Shown here: positions 17,290 to 25,305 of the stretch, in pieces
Numbering within the stretch: the stretch's first letter is position 1
Layout of the letters: every line of letters begins with the position of its first letter
Assembly: GCA_028695025.1 (NCBI GenBank)
Contig: JAQVJV010000008.1
Span: 1-37,094, forward strand
DNA from: Candidatus Moraniibacteriota bacterium
GTDB lineage: Bacteria; Patescibacteriota; Minisyncoccia; Moranbacterales; UBA11712
DNA: 37,094 nt
Direction: 5' to 3'
Translations under genes and position numbers: made by a program
Notes under the pieces: model-generated
Database searches by the model: none
The model's input: the letters and a program-made list of their open reading frames with translations, nothing else
What the model was told of the DNA's origin: nothing

Positions 17290-20001
17290 TTATGGAGCCG
17301 GTTGTTGTTCCGGATTCACTTCTTCGGGATTCTCTTGATTTTGGTCCGGTCCGATCGGGGTATTGGGCGGGACGGGTTGCTGATCACGCTGGATGGAAGA
17401 TTGGTCGGGGGCGGTTTGGCCATCAGGATTTTGTCCTGCCGTAGCCTGGTCCAGCCCATCAAGGGCGCTTTTCCCGGACTTTAAGTTGGAAATAACTTTC
17501 TTAACGTCTTCATTATCAGGATTCAAGTCGGCTACCTTTTGGAATTCTTTTATGGCATCATCCTTGTCTCCGAGCTTATCATAGGTAAGTCCGAGGAAAT
17601 AGAGCGCGTTGGAGTAATTTTCAACCAGCTTCGTTGTGCTTTCAAGGGCCGTTTTGGCTTTTTCATGCTTCCCGGTTTGATAATAGAGCACTCCGAGCTG
17701 GAAGGAAATGCCGGCATCTTGGGGGTTCATCTTTTGGCTTTCTTCCAATTTGGCAATTGCATCGTCGATTTGCCCAAGTTTTTGAAGGGCGACAGCGATC
17801 ATGAATTGGGCCGGGATATAGTTGCTTTTGAGTCCCACGGCTTTTTCAAAGTTTTGTTTGGCAAGGACTATGTCTTCTTTGGCTTTTTCAGGAAGTTGCA
17901 TTTGAGACCCTTGCTTTTGCTGGCTGGTTTCCTTGGCAGTTTCCAGGTCTGCCATAGTGAGATAAATTTGCCCGATTTGATAGTAGATAGAAGGATCCTT
18001 GGGGCTCAATTTCAAGGCAGACATATAATTATCCAAAGCGGCCTGATCGGCACCGTCTTTTGACCCGATGACATTTTGGTTGATCTGGGCCATTTGGATG
18101 AAATTATCCGGATTGTTGGGGTCAAGGGTGATAGCCGTTTTAATTTGGTCTTCGGCAGTAAAATACAAATTGCTGATGTCTGCCCGGTCATTCTCTGACA
18201 GGTTCCCAATTCCCTTCTCGGCCACCTTTTGGTTCAGATAAGCAAAAAGAGCGACAGACAAATTGCGGTGATAGAGGTCGCGCGACGGGTCAAGATTCAC
18301 CACCCGATTAAGCTGGGTAATGAGATCTTCAACCTTGGCTCCTTCGGTGTCATTTTTGAGAGCTTTGTTGTATACCACGGCTGCCGCATATTTTTGCCCC
18401 TCGAGGAATATGAGAGAGATAAATCCAACGATAATAATCACAAAAACGAAAGACAAAATGAGCGATAAGCGCGGAGAAGATGTTTCGCTGATGATCTCCT
18501 CTTTCTTCTTGAAAACAATGGTTGCCAGAGTGGCAAACAGGGCTGTAAGCAGCCACCAGGAAAAATCCAAACTGATATTTGAGGCATAGAAAAAGAGAGA
18601 AACGGTGAGATATATCCAGGCGGCGGTGATACCGATCAGCGTGTATATCCCCTCATCATGTTTCCCGAATATTTTTACAAGGGAAGAAAAGACGTAATAC
18701 ACCATGGAAATAATCAGGAATAAGATAGCGGCGGCGCCCAAAAAGCCTGTTGAAGTGGCGAGTGTCAGAAAACGGCTGGCGGCTTCATTGAAGCGGACAG
18801 TCCAAAAATTGGTCAGGTTTATTTCCGCAGGCTTTCCTTTGAGATAATCAAGATCATAGTTGGAGAGTCCGGAACCGAGCAGGGCATGATCCTTCCAGGC
18901 GGATTTTACCACATCAAAAGAAGCGCTTTGTGACAATCCGACCTCAACCGGAAGCTGGACGCGGACAATTGATCCGGTCCGTCCAATGAGGGTGCTTATC
19001 AAAACCAAAGCGAGAGCCACCATTGGAATAATCAAGACCGTATTTTTTTCTTCATTGCCGCTGGAGATGATGGCAAGGCCGAGCAAAATCGCCATCCCAA
19101 CCAAAAATATGATCATAGATGTCCGAAAATTGATGGCAATGAGCATGAATATGAATAACAGGGCGCAAATAACCAAAGCAATTTTGAGCCAGTTGGGCCT
19201 CTTCTCCAGGAGCGCAGCGGTAGTGAGGATCAAAACCGATCCGATAAAGATAGAAAAGCTATAAACAGAGCCGATGGAGTTGAAAGACGCTTGAGCGAGA
19301 GACGGATTTTTAAAGATAAACTTGCCAAAAATCTGAAACATGGCATAAAGAGAAGCCAAAAAGGAGGAACCAATAAAAGTCAGGAGCAGGTAATTGATCT
19401 TTTCCCGCGAAGAAAAGTTATTGGTGATTACTAGGAACAAAGCAATAAGAGAAATAAATGAAACCAGGGAAAGGCTTTCATTGCCAAGGCTTCCCCAAGT
19501 GCTTTGGTCCCTATAAACGGAAAAAACAGTGCTTAGGGAGAGGATGAGCAGTAAAATTAAGACCGGGATCAAGAGGAAATTCTTTTTGATGCGGATCCTC
19601 CCTTCCCAAGCCAGTTTCCCGATCCAAGCCAAAAAAGCAATGCCGCCAACCAAGACCAAAAGAGCTTGCTTGTTGAGTTCCAGGATACTGGGAACGTTTG
19701 GGAGGAAAAACAAAGGAAGGAGGAATGTCAGAAGGTAGATTGCTCCTTGGATAATCCAGTCCATAATCTTTGGAGTGCTGGTGTCCCGCTTCGGTTTTTC
19801 CGGCGAAATATTTGAAGCGTGTCCGGCATGGGTAGGGTGGGTGTATGGCATAGCCGGGTGCGTATTTCCTCCAGCGGGTGGAGTGTTTGGCCTTTGTGGC
19901 GTAGTGTCGCGCCGTAAATCAATTTTCATTTTTTCTTTTTTCTTCACACCAGAGCGCACAGAAAAATCAATTACACCATGCATTGTATGATATGAAGGCA
20001 A
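17290..20001 (-). CDS. O-antigen-ligase-like (Wzy_C-type) polytopic membrane protein with C-terminal TPR repeats and Pro/Gln-rich disordered termini; exact start uncertain
   Basis: More than 10 hydrophobic helices. About 6 TPR-like repeats in the C-terminal third (YYQIGQIYLTMADLETAKE, YFLGLTYDKLGDKDDAIKEFQKVADLNPDN). P/T/H-rich N-terminus and P/Q-rich C-terminus. Confidence 0.65.
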   Translation of the reverse strand: MPSYHTMHGVIDFSVRSGVKKKEKMKIDLRRDTTPQRPNTPPAGGNTHPAMPYTHPTHAGHASNISPEKPKRDTSTPKIMDWIIQGAIYLLTFLLPLFFLPNVPSILELNKQALLVLVGGIAFLAWIGKLAWEGRIRIKKNFLLIPVLILLLILSLSTVFSVYRDQSTWGSLGNESLSLVSFISLIALFLVITNNFSSREKINYLLLTFIGSSFLASLYAMFQIFGKFIFKNPSLAQASFNSIGSVYSFSIFIGSVLILTTAALLEKRPNWLKIALVICALLFIFMLIAINFRTSMIIFLVGMAILLGLAIISSGNEEKNTVLIIPMVALALVLISTLIGRTGSIVRVQLPVEVGLSQSASFDVVKSAWKDHALLGSGLSNYDLDYLKGKPAEINLTNFWTVRFNEAASRFLTLATSTGFLGAAAILFLIISMVYYVFSSLVKIFGKHDEGIYTLIGITAAWIYLTVSLFFYASNISLDFSWWLLTALFATLATIVFKKKEEIISETSSPRLSLILSFVFVIIIVGFISLIFLEGQKYAAAVVYNKALKNDTEGAKVEDLITQLNRVVNLDPSRDLYHRNLSVALFAYLNQKVAEKGIGNLSENDRADISNLYFTAEDQIKTAITLDPNNPDNFIQMAQINQNVIGSKDGADQAALDNYMSALKLSPKDPSIYYQIGQIYLTMADLETAKETSQQKQGSQMQLPEKAKEDIVLAKQNFEKAVGLKSNYIPAQFMIAVALQKLGQIDDAIAKLEESQKMNPQDAGISFQLGVLYYQTGKHEKAKTALESTTKLVENYSNALYFLGLTYDKLGDKDDAIKEFQKVADLNPDNEDVKKVISNLKSGKSALDGLDQATAGQNPDGQTAPDQSSIQRDQQPVPPNTPIGPDQNQENPEEVNPEQQPAP

Positions 20002-20037
20002 AGTTAAGGTTGATTACTCATTGAATTATAACAGATC

Positions 20038-21618
20038 TTACTCCTTTGTCGAATCGGGGATATTTTTTGAAAAAATAGCTAAAAAAAGAATTGGAGCTAT
20101 GAATATAATGGTACCGATTTTGATATCCCAAAAGTAGTGGTCAAAAAACGAGATGACTAAAAAAGATATAGTAATAACATAATATTTAAATATTGTCAAT
20201 ATACTTCCCTTTTCCTTTGCTTCTCGCCAGGTATGTCCAAGATAAGTGATCAGTGAAACAAGGGCCAGTGAAACACCAATTGTCCCGAGTTCGCTGGCAA
20301 TTAATAAGTATATATTGTGGACCGGTTGATACTGCCAAGAGGGCAAATGCGGATATTTCAAATGTTCCCGAAAAACAAATTGGCCTAACCCTATTCCAAC
20401 TAATGGATGGTGGCTTATGATTTCACATGAAACTGCGGAGTACTGTTTTCTTTCGGCTAGGGACTGCTCCGAGAATAAGGTTGTGTAAGTTTTAGCCACA
20501 AAAGTTAACGTGAAGAGTGCGATAACAAGGGCGAGGGCAGAAAAAATAGCCACCCGCCTTGAAAAACAATATTTTTGTTTTTCAGCTGTTCGGGAAAGGT
20601 TTTCGGCCACGCCCGAGAAAGAATGAAACAAAGATGGAAAGAAGCTTGGCCGGTTATTTGTACTCTGGTTTGTGGGAGTGGAAGAAATAGCGTGAAACCT
20701 TTTCATGTTCCACAATACAAGAATAATCATCGCTATCAGATCGCTAAGTATGGCTGATCGGGAGAAAGTAACGAGAAGGCCTAGGGTCAAAATGATCCAA
20801 ATGTTTACTGCAAGCCGGGTGGGAATTTTGTCAGACAAGGTTTCGTGTGAAACTATAATGCCCCTTGTTTTTCTGCCGTAGAGGCTAAAGAGCCTTACGA
20901 GCACAAGATTTGTGGCCAAAACTTGAGGTATGATCAGGAATCCACTTAAAATATTCGAGTGCGGGAGTGTTCCATAGGCGCGAATATGTTTCATGTGTAA
21001 TATTATGATTTTCGCTACGCCGTTAATATTGGGACCCAGAAGGCTTTCGCCTAGAAAATGAAGACCAATGGAGGAATTGGCCAGGAATTGAATTATGGCC
21101 AAGGCTGATTGGAATAAGCCGTTGGCAATGAGGGCCAGGAGCAGATATTGTTGCCAGCGTTTTTCATGAAACAACTTATAGGCAATGACGCTGAAAAAGA
21201 GCAATTCAAGCCAAGTGGCGAATCTATGCCAGCTTATGAGAGGAAATTTAGCCCAGAAAATCGAGGATCCCGCCCAAAGGAAAAATAAAAAGAGAAAAAT
21301 AGTTGCATGTGTAATGCTTTTGGGGTTTAATATTGACTTTATGCTAAATTTATATTCTGATACCGTAATAATTTCGTAATACGCTCTAAATTGACAATAT
21401 AGGTATTTTATTATATAAATAAATATAGTTAGCAGGATAAGTAAATCCGCCCAGGTGAAACTAGGAGTCAGATATTCATTGAATCCCCCATTCAAAAAGG
21501 AATATTTGGTCAGAAAAACTTTGCGGATATTGAGAGTGAAGGTAGTGAAAAAAAGAATAATAAGCAGTTTCTCGACATTATTCCACAACCAGGTCAGTTT
21601 TTGTCTCAAGGTATCCAT
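20038..21618 (-). CDS. O-antigen-ligase family (Wzy_C) polytopic membrane protein
   Basis: Multi-TM. Central loop with RAYGTLPHSNILSGFL, an O-antigen ligase-like His-containing motif. Tandem with the previous gene. Confidence 0.6.
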   Translation of the reverse strand: MDTLRQKLTWLWNNVEKLLIILFFTTFTLNIRKVFLTKYSFLNGGFNEYLTPSFTWADLLILLTIFIYIIKYLYCQFRAYYEIITVSEYKFSIKSILNPKSITHATIFLFLFFLWAGSSIFWAKFPLISWHRFATWLELLFFSVIAYKLFHEKRWQQYLLLALIANGLFQSALAIIQFLANSSIGLHFLGESLLGPNINGVAKIIILHMKHIRAYGTLPHSNILSGFLIIPQVLATNLVLVRLFSLYGRKTRGIIVSHETLSDKIPTRLAVNIWIILTLGLLVTFSRSAILSDLIAMIILVLWNMKRFHAISSTPTNQSTNNRPSFFPSLFHSFSGVAENLSRTAEKQKYCFSRRVAIFSALALVIALFTLTFVAKTYTTLFSEQSLAERKQYSAVSCEIISHHPLVGIGLGQFVFREHLKYPHLPSWQYQPVHNIYLLIASELGTIGVSLALVSLITYLGHTWREAKEKGSILTIFKYYVITISFLVISFFDHYFWDIKIGTIIFIAPILFLAIFSKNIPDSTKE

Positions 21619-21707
21619 GAAACAATTTTATCACGAAACAAGAAAAACAACGATTGACGAATAGCTAAAATATATCTATGATAAAGCAGTTAATGCCAGA
21701 AATTTAA

Positions 21708-21780
21708 GGGCCTTTAGCTCATCTGGTAGAGCGCATCCATGGCATGGATGAGGTGACCGGTTCGAGTCCGGTAAGGTCCA
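21708..21780 (+). tRNA. tRNA-Ala (anticodon GGC)
   Basis: GGGCCTT..AAGGTCC acceptor with G3:U70. Anticodon arm CATCC-ATGGCAT-GGATG. Confidence 0.85.
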
Positions 21781-21786
21781 CAATAT

Positions 21787-21858
21787 GTCCTTGTAGTTCA
21801 ATGGATAGAACAATGGCGTCCTAAGCCATTGATGTAGGTTCGATTCCTACCAAGGACG
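21787..21858 (+). tRNA. tRNA-Arg (anticodon CCT)
   Basis: GTCCTTG..CAAGGAC acceptor. Anticodon arm ATGGC-GTCCTAA-GCCAT. T arm GTAGG-TTCGATT-CCTAC. Confidence 0.85.
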
Positions 21859-21955
21859 CAAGGGTATTTTTCTTCAATAAAAATTATAAAATGTAGCTTA
21901 AGTATTAAGCTGTTTTTGTGATGACAAATAGGTTTTTGCATGATAAAATAAGCCC

Positions 21956-22969
21956 ATGAAAAAGAAAAAGGCAAGCGATTTTCCAAAAGGGGAAATTGTG
22001 ATTTATAAAGCCAAAGACGGAATAGTAAAACTAGAAGTGGAGCTTCAGGAAGAAAATATATGGCTTGATGCGCATCAGATAGCTATGCTTTTTGGCGTGA
22101 ATCGCCCGGCGATTGTTAAGCATATAAACAATATTTACAAAACAGAAGAGCTTGTTGAAAAAGTAACCTGTTCCATTTTGGAACAGGTTGCCGCAGACGG
22201 AAAGATGAGAAAAATGAATTTGTATAATCTGGATATGATAATTTCCGTCGGTTATCGTGTAAACTCGCAAAGAGCTACACAATTCCGCATCTGGGCCACG
22301 AGAATTCTGAAAAATCATTTGTTAAAAGGTTTCACGCTGAACGAACAAAGGTTGAAGGGCTATCATCAGGCGAAATTGGGAGAATTGGAAAGCGCTTTGC
22401 GGCTTTTGAAGCGGGCGATTGACAGCAAGAAACTTCTCAAGGGAGAAGCTGAAGGACTCTTGAAAGTGATTACGGATTATACCAATTCCTGGATCCTGCT
22501 TCAAAAATACGACGAGGGAAGATTGGTTATCCGGAAAAATATTTTGAAAATCGGCAGGGAGCTCGAATATGATAATGCGAAAGATTCAATTGCGAAATTG
22601 AAAAACAGCCTGATCAAAAAGAAAAGCGCGACGGATATTTTCGGACAGGAAAGAGGACACGGACTCGAAGCGATTTTTGGAAATCTCAAACAATCATTTG
22701 GCGGGAAGAAACTTTATCCGACGCTTGAAGAACAGGCGGCGCATCTTCTCTATTTCGTGATCAAGGATCATCCTTTTGTCGATGGCAACAAGCGGATTGC
22801 CTCATTTTTGTTTGTGAATTTTCTCGCTGAAAACAACCAGCTTCTTCGCAAAAACGGCGAGCGGAAAATCAACGACAACGCCTTGGTGGCCCTTGCGCTT
22901 CTAGTTGCTCAAAGTCATCCGAAAGAAAAAGAATCAATGGTCGCGCTGGTGACGAATTTGCTTTTCTAG
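21956..22969 (+). CDS. RhuM-family / Fic-Doc family protein (N-terminal RhuM-type DNA-binding region, C-terminal Doc-like Fic motif)
   Basis: N-terminus EIVIYKAKDGIVKLEVELQEENIWLDAHQIAMLFGVNRPAIVKHINNIY (RhuM signature). C-terminal HPFVDGNKR (Doc-type HxFx(D/N)GNKR). Confidence 0.75.
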   Translation: MKKKKASDFPKGEIVIYKAKDGIVKLEVELQEENIWLDAHQIAMLFGVNRPAIVKHINNIYKTEELVEKVTCSILEQVAADGKMRKMNLYNLDMIISVGYRVNSQRATQFRIWATRILKNHLLKGFTLNEQRLKGYHQAKLGELESALRLLKRAIDSKKLLKGEAEGLLKVITDYTNSWILLQKYDEGRLVIRKNILKIGRELEYDNAKDSIAKLKNSLIKKKSATDIFGQERGHGLEAIFGNLKQSFGGKKLYPTLEEQAAHLLYFVIKDHPFVDGNKRIASFLFVNFLAENNQLLRKNGERKINDNALVALALLVAQSHPKEKESMVALVTNLLF

Positions 22970-23030
22970 TCTTTTTTATATTTTTTTTACTGAGGATTGG
23001 AGGGTTGGGGATAACAATAAAATAATTGAA

Positions 23031-23463
23031 GTGATCAACAAAATTCCGAAACCTATAATTGAAATAATCCAAAAAATCGAAGCCGCTGGTTTTGAAGCTT
23101 TTGTCGTGGGCGGATGCGTGCGGGATTTGCTGATGGACATGGAACCAAAAGACTGGGATGTGACGACGAATGCGAAGCCGGAAGATGTGATGAAAATTTT
23201 TCCGGACAGTTTCTATGAGAATGATTTTGGAACGGTAGGGGTTAAAATCAAAAATCAAAAGTTGATAAGGAAAAAACTGAAGTCATTGAAGTGACTACAT
23301 ATCGTATCGAATCAAAATACTCTGACAAGCGGCGGCCGGATGAAGTGCGGTTTGCGAAAACGCTCGAGGAAGATTTGGGAAGGCGTGATTTCACGATTAA
23401 TGCGTTGGCATTGAAAATCAAACCTCACCCCGACCCTCTCCCCGCCAAAGGCGGGCAGGCTTA
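23031..23463 (+). pseudogene. duplicated, frameshifted 5' fragment of the CCA-adding enzyme gene ending inside a MITE copy
   Basis: 23031-23440 is ~90-95% identical to 26172-26640 (MINKIP...FEAFVVGGCVRDLLMDMEPKDWDVTTNAKPE...). It lacks the ~90-nt KDTGAQK...EITEVVEV segment. +1 frameshift in the A-run at ~23270. Stop codon lies inside the repeat element. Confidence 0.7.
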
Positions 23464-23558
23464 GTAAGGAGAGGGAGGCGTCAAGTTGAACTCATTATTG
23501 GCAAAACTGATCGCCTTCTCCTTTATAAGGAGAAGGAGGGATGAGGTCGATGAGGTCG
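23423..23558. mobile_element. MITE-like palindromic element, copy 1 (inverted orientation, far end degenerate)
   Basis: Starts with CCTCACCCCGACCCT. Contains CCCTCTCC..GGAGAGGG (with a nested CCGCC-AAAG-GCGGG insertion) and CCTTCTCCTTTATAAGGAGAAGG hairpins. AGGGATGAGGTCG is the reverse complement of copy-2 CGACCTCATCCCT. Spacer is homologous to the copy-2 spacer in reverse. Confidence 0.55.
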
Positions 23559-23969
23559 AAAAATAAAAAAAGCCCGCAAGCAGTTTTGCTCACGGGTCGG
23601 ATTCTCCGCTCAACGAGTCCGCGAATGATCCATGAACTCGAGAAAGCGGAGAAGCGATGCTTGTTTCCCTTTCTTCCCAAACCGTTTGTCTGGGGCGTAG
23701 TTTTTCGGAGCCGGGTTCAACTAATCCCGTTGATCTCACTCCTTTCCTGATCTATACCCCCTACCTGTGGCTGGGATTTTCAGGGAAAACAAGGCGCTTC
23801 TCCCTCTGAATCCACTTTCCAAAAAGAAAATGAATTCGGATAGAGAAAGCAGGCGATGGATATTTTTTGAAAGACCATCCTTCCACTCAACGAGCTCGCG
23901 AACAATTTCGCAAACTCGAGAAAGTGGGGGAACGCAGTGCATTGAAAGCGTTCCCCGAAAAATTAGTGG

Positions 23970-24560
23970 TTAAAGAACAGTTTTGGACCCCTCAATGAGG
24001 GTTCGAAGAATCGTTGCCCAAGGTTTCAATGGGGTGCAATTCTCTTTTTCGTCTTCATTTAGCCCTTCCCATTGTGAGCGGGTAATGGCTCCCAATCTTT
24101 TGTGATAGTGGTTTGGGTATTCTCGTCTAGCCAAGTCTAGTAGCAAAAAAATGTTTACCCGTCCACACCTTATCTCAAAATTTTCGTACGGTTTATGACA
24201 AACCCAATCTATATGGGTTAACCGGTTTGAAATTTCATAACGATCTTCATGCGAGATTGTTTCTCCGTGAAGATTCAGATTTGAAACTAGGGCTAAGCCC
24301 TTGAGTTCTTTTTTTTGACCAAACCTATTTAACGATGCCAGGAATAATCGTAAGCCGTTTTCCCAAGAGGGCTGCTCGCCCTTATGGTTAGGTAATTCAA
24401 GGTCCGTCAAAATGAAATCCTGATTCTTGAATTTATCTCTTGCTTCACTAAATGACGATGCAAAGACTACTTGCACCGGCATTGCAGATAACTCTTTTTT
24501 TGCCCAATCCAATTGAATAGGACTGTCTTCAATTACCAAAACTTTATATTTCGGTTCCAT
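23970..24560 (-). CDS. orphan response-regulator receiver (REC)-domain protein with uncharacterised C-terminal domain
   Basis: KVLVIEDSPIQ...ILTDLELP (phospho-acceptor Asp)...ALVSN...HKPY (K-P) match CheY-like receiver landmarks. No HTH or known output domain. Confidence 0.5.
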   Translation of the reverse strand: MEPKYKVLVIEDSPIQLDWAKKELSAMPVQVVFASSFSEARDKFKNQDFILTDLELPNHKGEQPSWENGLRLFLASLNRFGQKKELKGLALVSNLNLHGETISHEDRYEISNRLTHIDWVCHKPYENFEIRCGRVNIFLLLDLARREYPNHYHKRLGAITRSQWEGLNEDEKENCTPLKPWATILRTLIEGSKTVL

Positions 24561-24583
24561 TTCTTCTCCTTGTTCTATTTCTA

Positions 24584-24612
24584 TACCGCCGAGGCAGGCG
24601 GTTTTTTTTAGT
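24584..24612 (+). terminator. strong plus-strand rho-independent terminator with no annotated plus-strand gene upstream
   Basis: ACCGCC-GAGGCA-GGCGG followed by TTTTTTTT. Confidence 0.45.
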
Positions 24613-24718
24613 TTTCAATGAGCTCGGAGGGTTTCCTCCTGGAAAATCACCGAGTGATGATTTTTCAGGAAGGGGAAATGATTTTTCCCGAATCCTGTCT
24701 TGGCCAAGGGGCGAAGCC

Positions 24719-24952
24719 CTAGCAGCCTATATTGTTGTCAACGTTGTTCATGCTCCAGTTGTGAGAGATTCTGCGCGCAGCTTTTGCGGAAAGGATATTC
24801 ATAGGGACAAAGAGCGTGGCTGCCAATGTGATCCAGATATTCGTCAGAAGGTGGATTCCGATGGCGATTATCGCGATGATCATGAGGAGGGTAGCTATTC
24901 TTTGGCTCTTCGGAATCACGTCGTCTGTGTATTTGCTGGCGTAGTGTCTCAT
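24719..24952 (-). CDS. hypothetical small membrane protein (77 aa, two hydrophobic segments)
   Basis: ORF with hydrophobic helices LLMIIAIIAIGIHLL and ITLAATLFVPMNIL. No homology recognised. Confidence 0.3.
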   Translation of the reverse strand: MRHYASKYTDDVIPKSQRIATLLMIIAIIAIGIHLLTNIWITLAATLFVPMNILSAKAARRISHNWSMNNVDNNIGC

Positions 24953-25170
24953 ATGTTTGGATTTAAGGATTATATGTCTTTCGGAATTTTTCGGTCTTTC
25001 AGCTTAACAGGGAATTATAGCAAGAAAATAGGGAAAAGTCAATAAAGCGAGAAAACGAATAAGTCAAAATATGGCTAATATAAAGCAAGAATATGAGATA
25101 TATAATAAATTCATCAAAAATATTGACTATGTGGCAAAAAGGGTGTAGAATAGAAATAGACTTTCTCGAA

Positions 25171-25296
25171 CCTCACCCCGACCCTTTTCGACCTCATCCC
25201 TACCTTCTCCTTATAAAGGAGAAGGCGATTATTTTTACCGATGAATATATTGATGCCGAGTTCCCTCTCCTTACTAAGGAGAGGGTCAGGGTGAGG
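25171..25296. mobile_element. MITE-like palindromic element, copy 2 (complete, 126 bp, 15-bp terminal inverted repeats)
   Basis: Left TIR CCTCACCCCGACCCT. Right end AGGGTCAGGGTGAGG. Internal hairpins CCTTCTCCTTATAAAGGAGAAGG and CCCTCTCCTTACTAAGGAGAGGG. Ends 9 nt before the trmB-paralog ATG. Confidence 0.6.
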
Positions 25297-25305
25297 TTTA
25301 AAACT

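Noticed and set aside
17302-18063. Plus-strand ORFs inside the 17290..20001 gene
   Set aside because: They are antisense to a long membrane/TPR CDS with clear domain structure.
22869-23258. Minus-strand ORFs 22869..23258 and 26097..26417
   Set aside because: Both are antisense read-throughs of the two cca copies, which mirror each other because of the duplication.
23031-23294. 87-aa ORF as a functional small protein
   Set aside because: It is the frameshifted head of a cca duplicate and ends by frameshift, so it is annotated as a pseudogene fragment.
25093-25305. N-terminal 71 codons of ORF 25093..26166 (MRYIINSSKILTMWQKGC...)
   Set aside because: This stretch is read-through translation of the MITE palindromes. 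The TrmB homology with paralog 1 begins exactly at ATG 25306.
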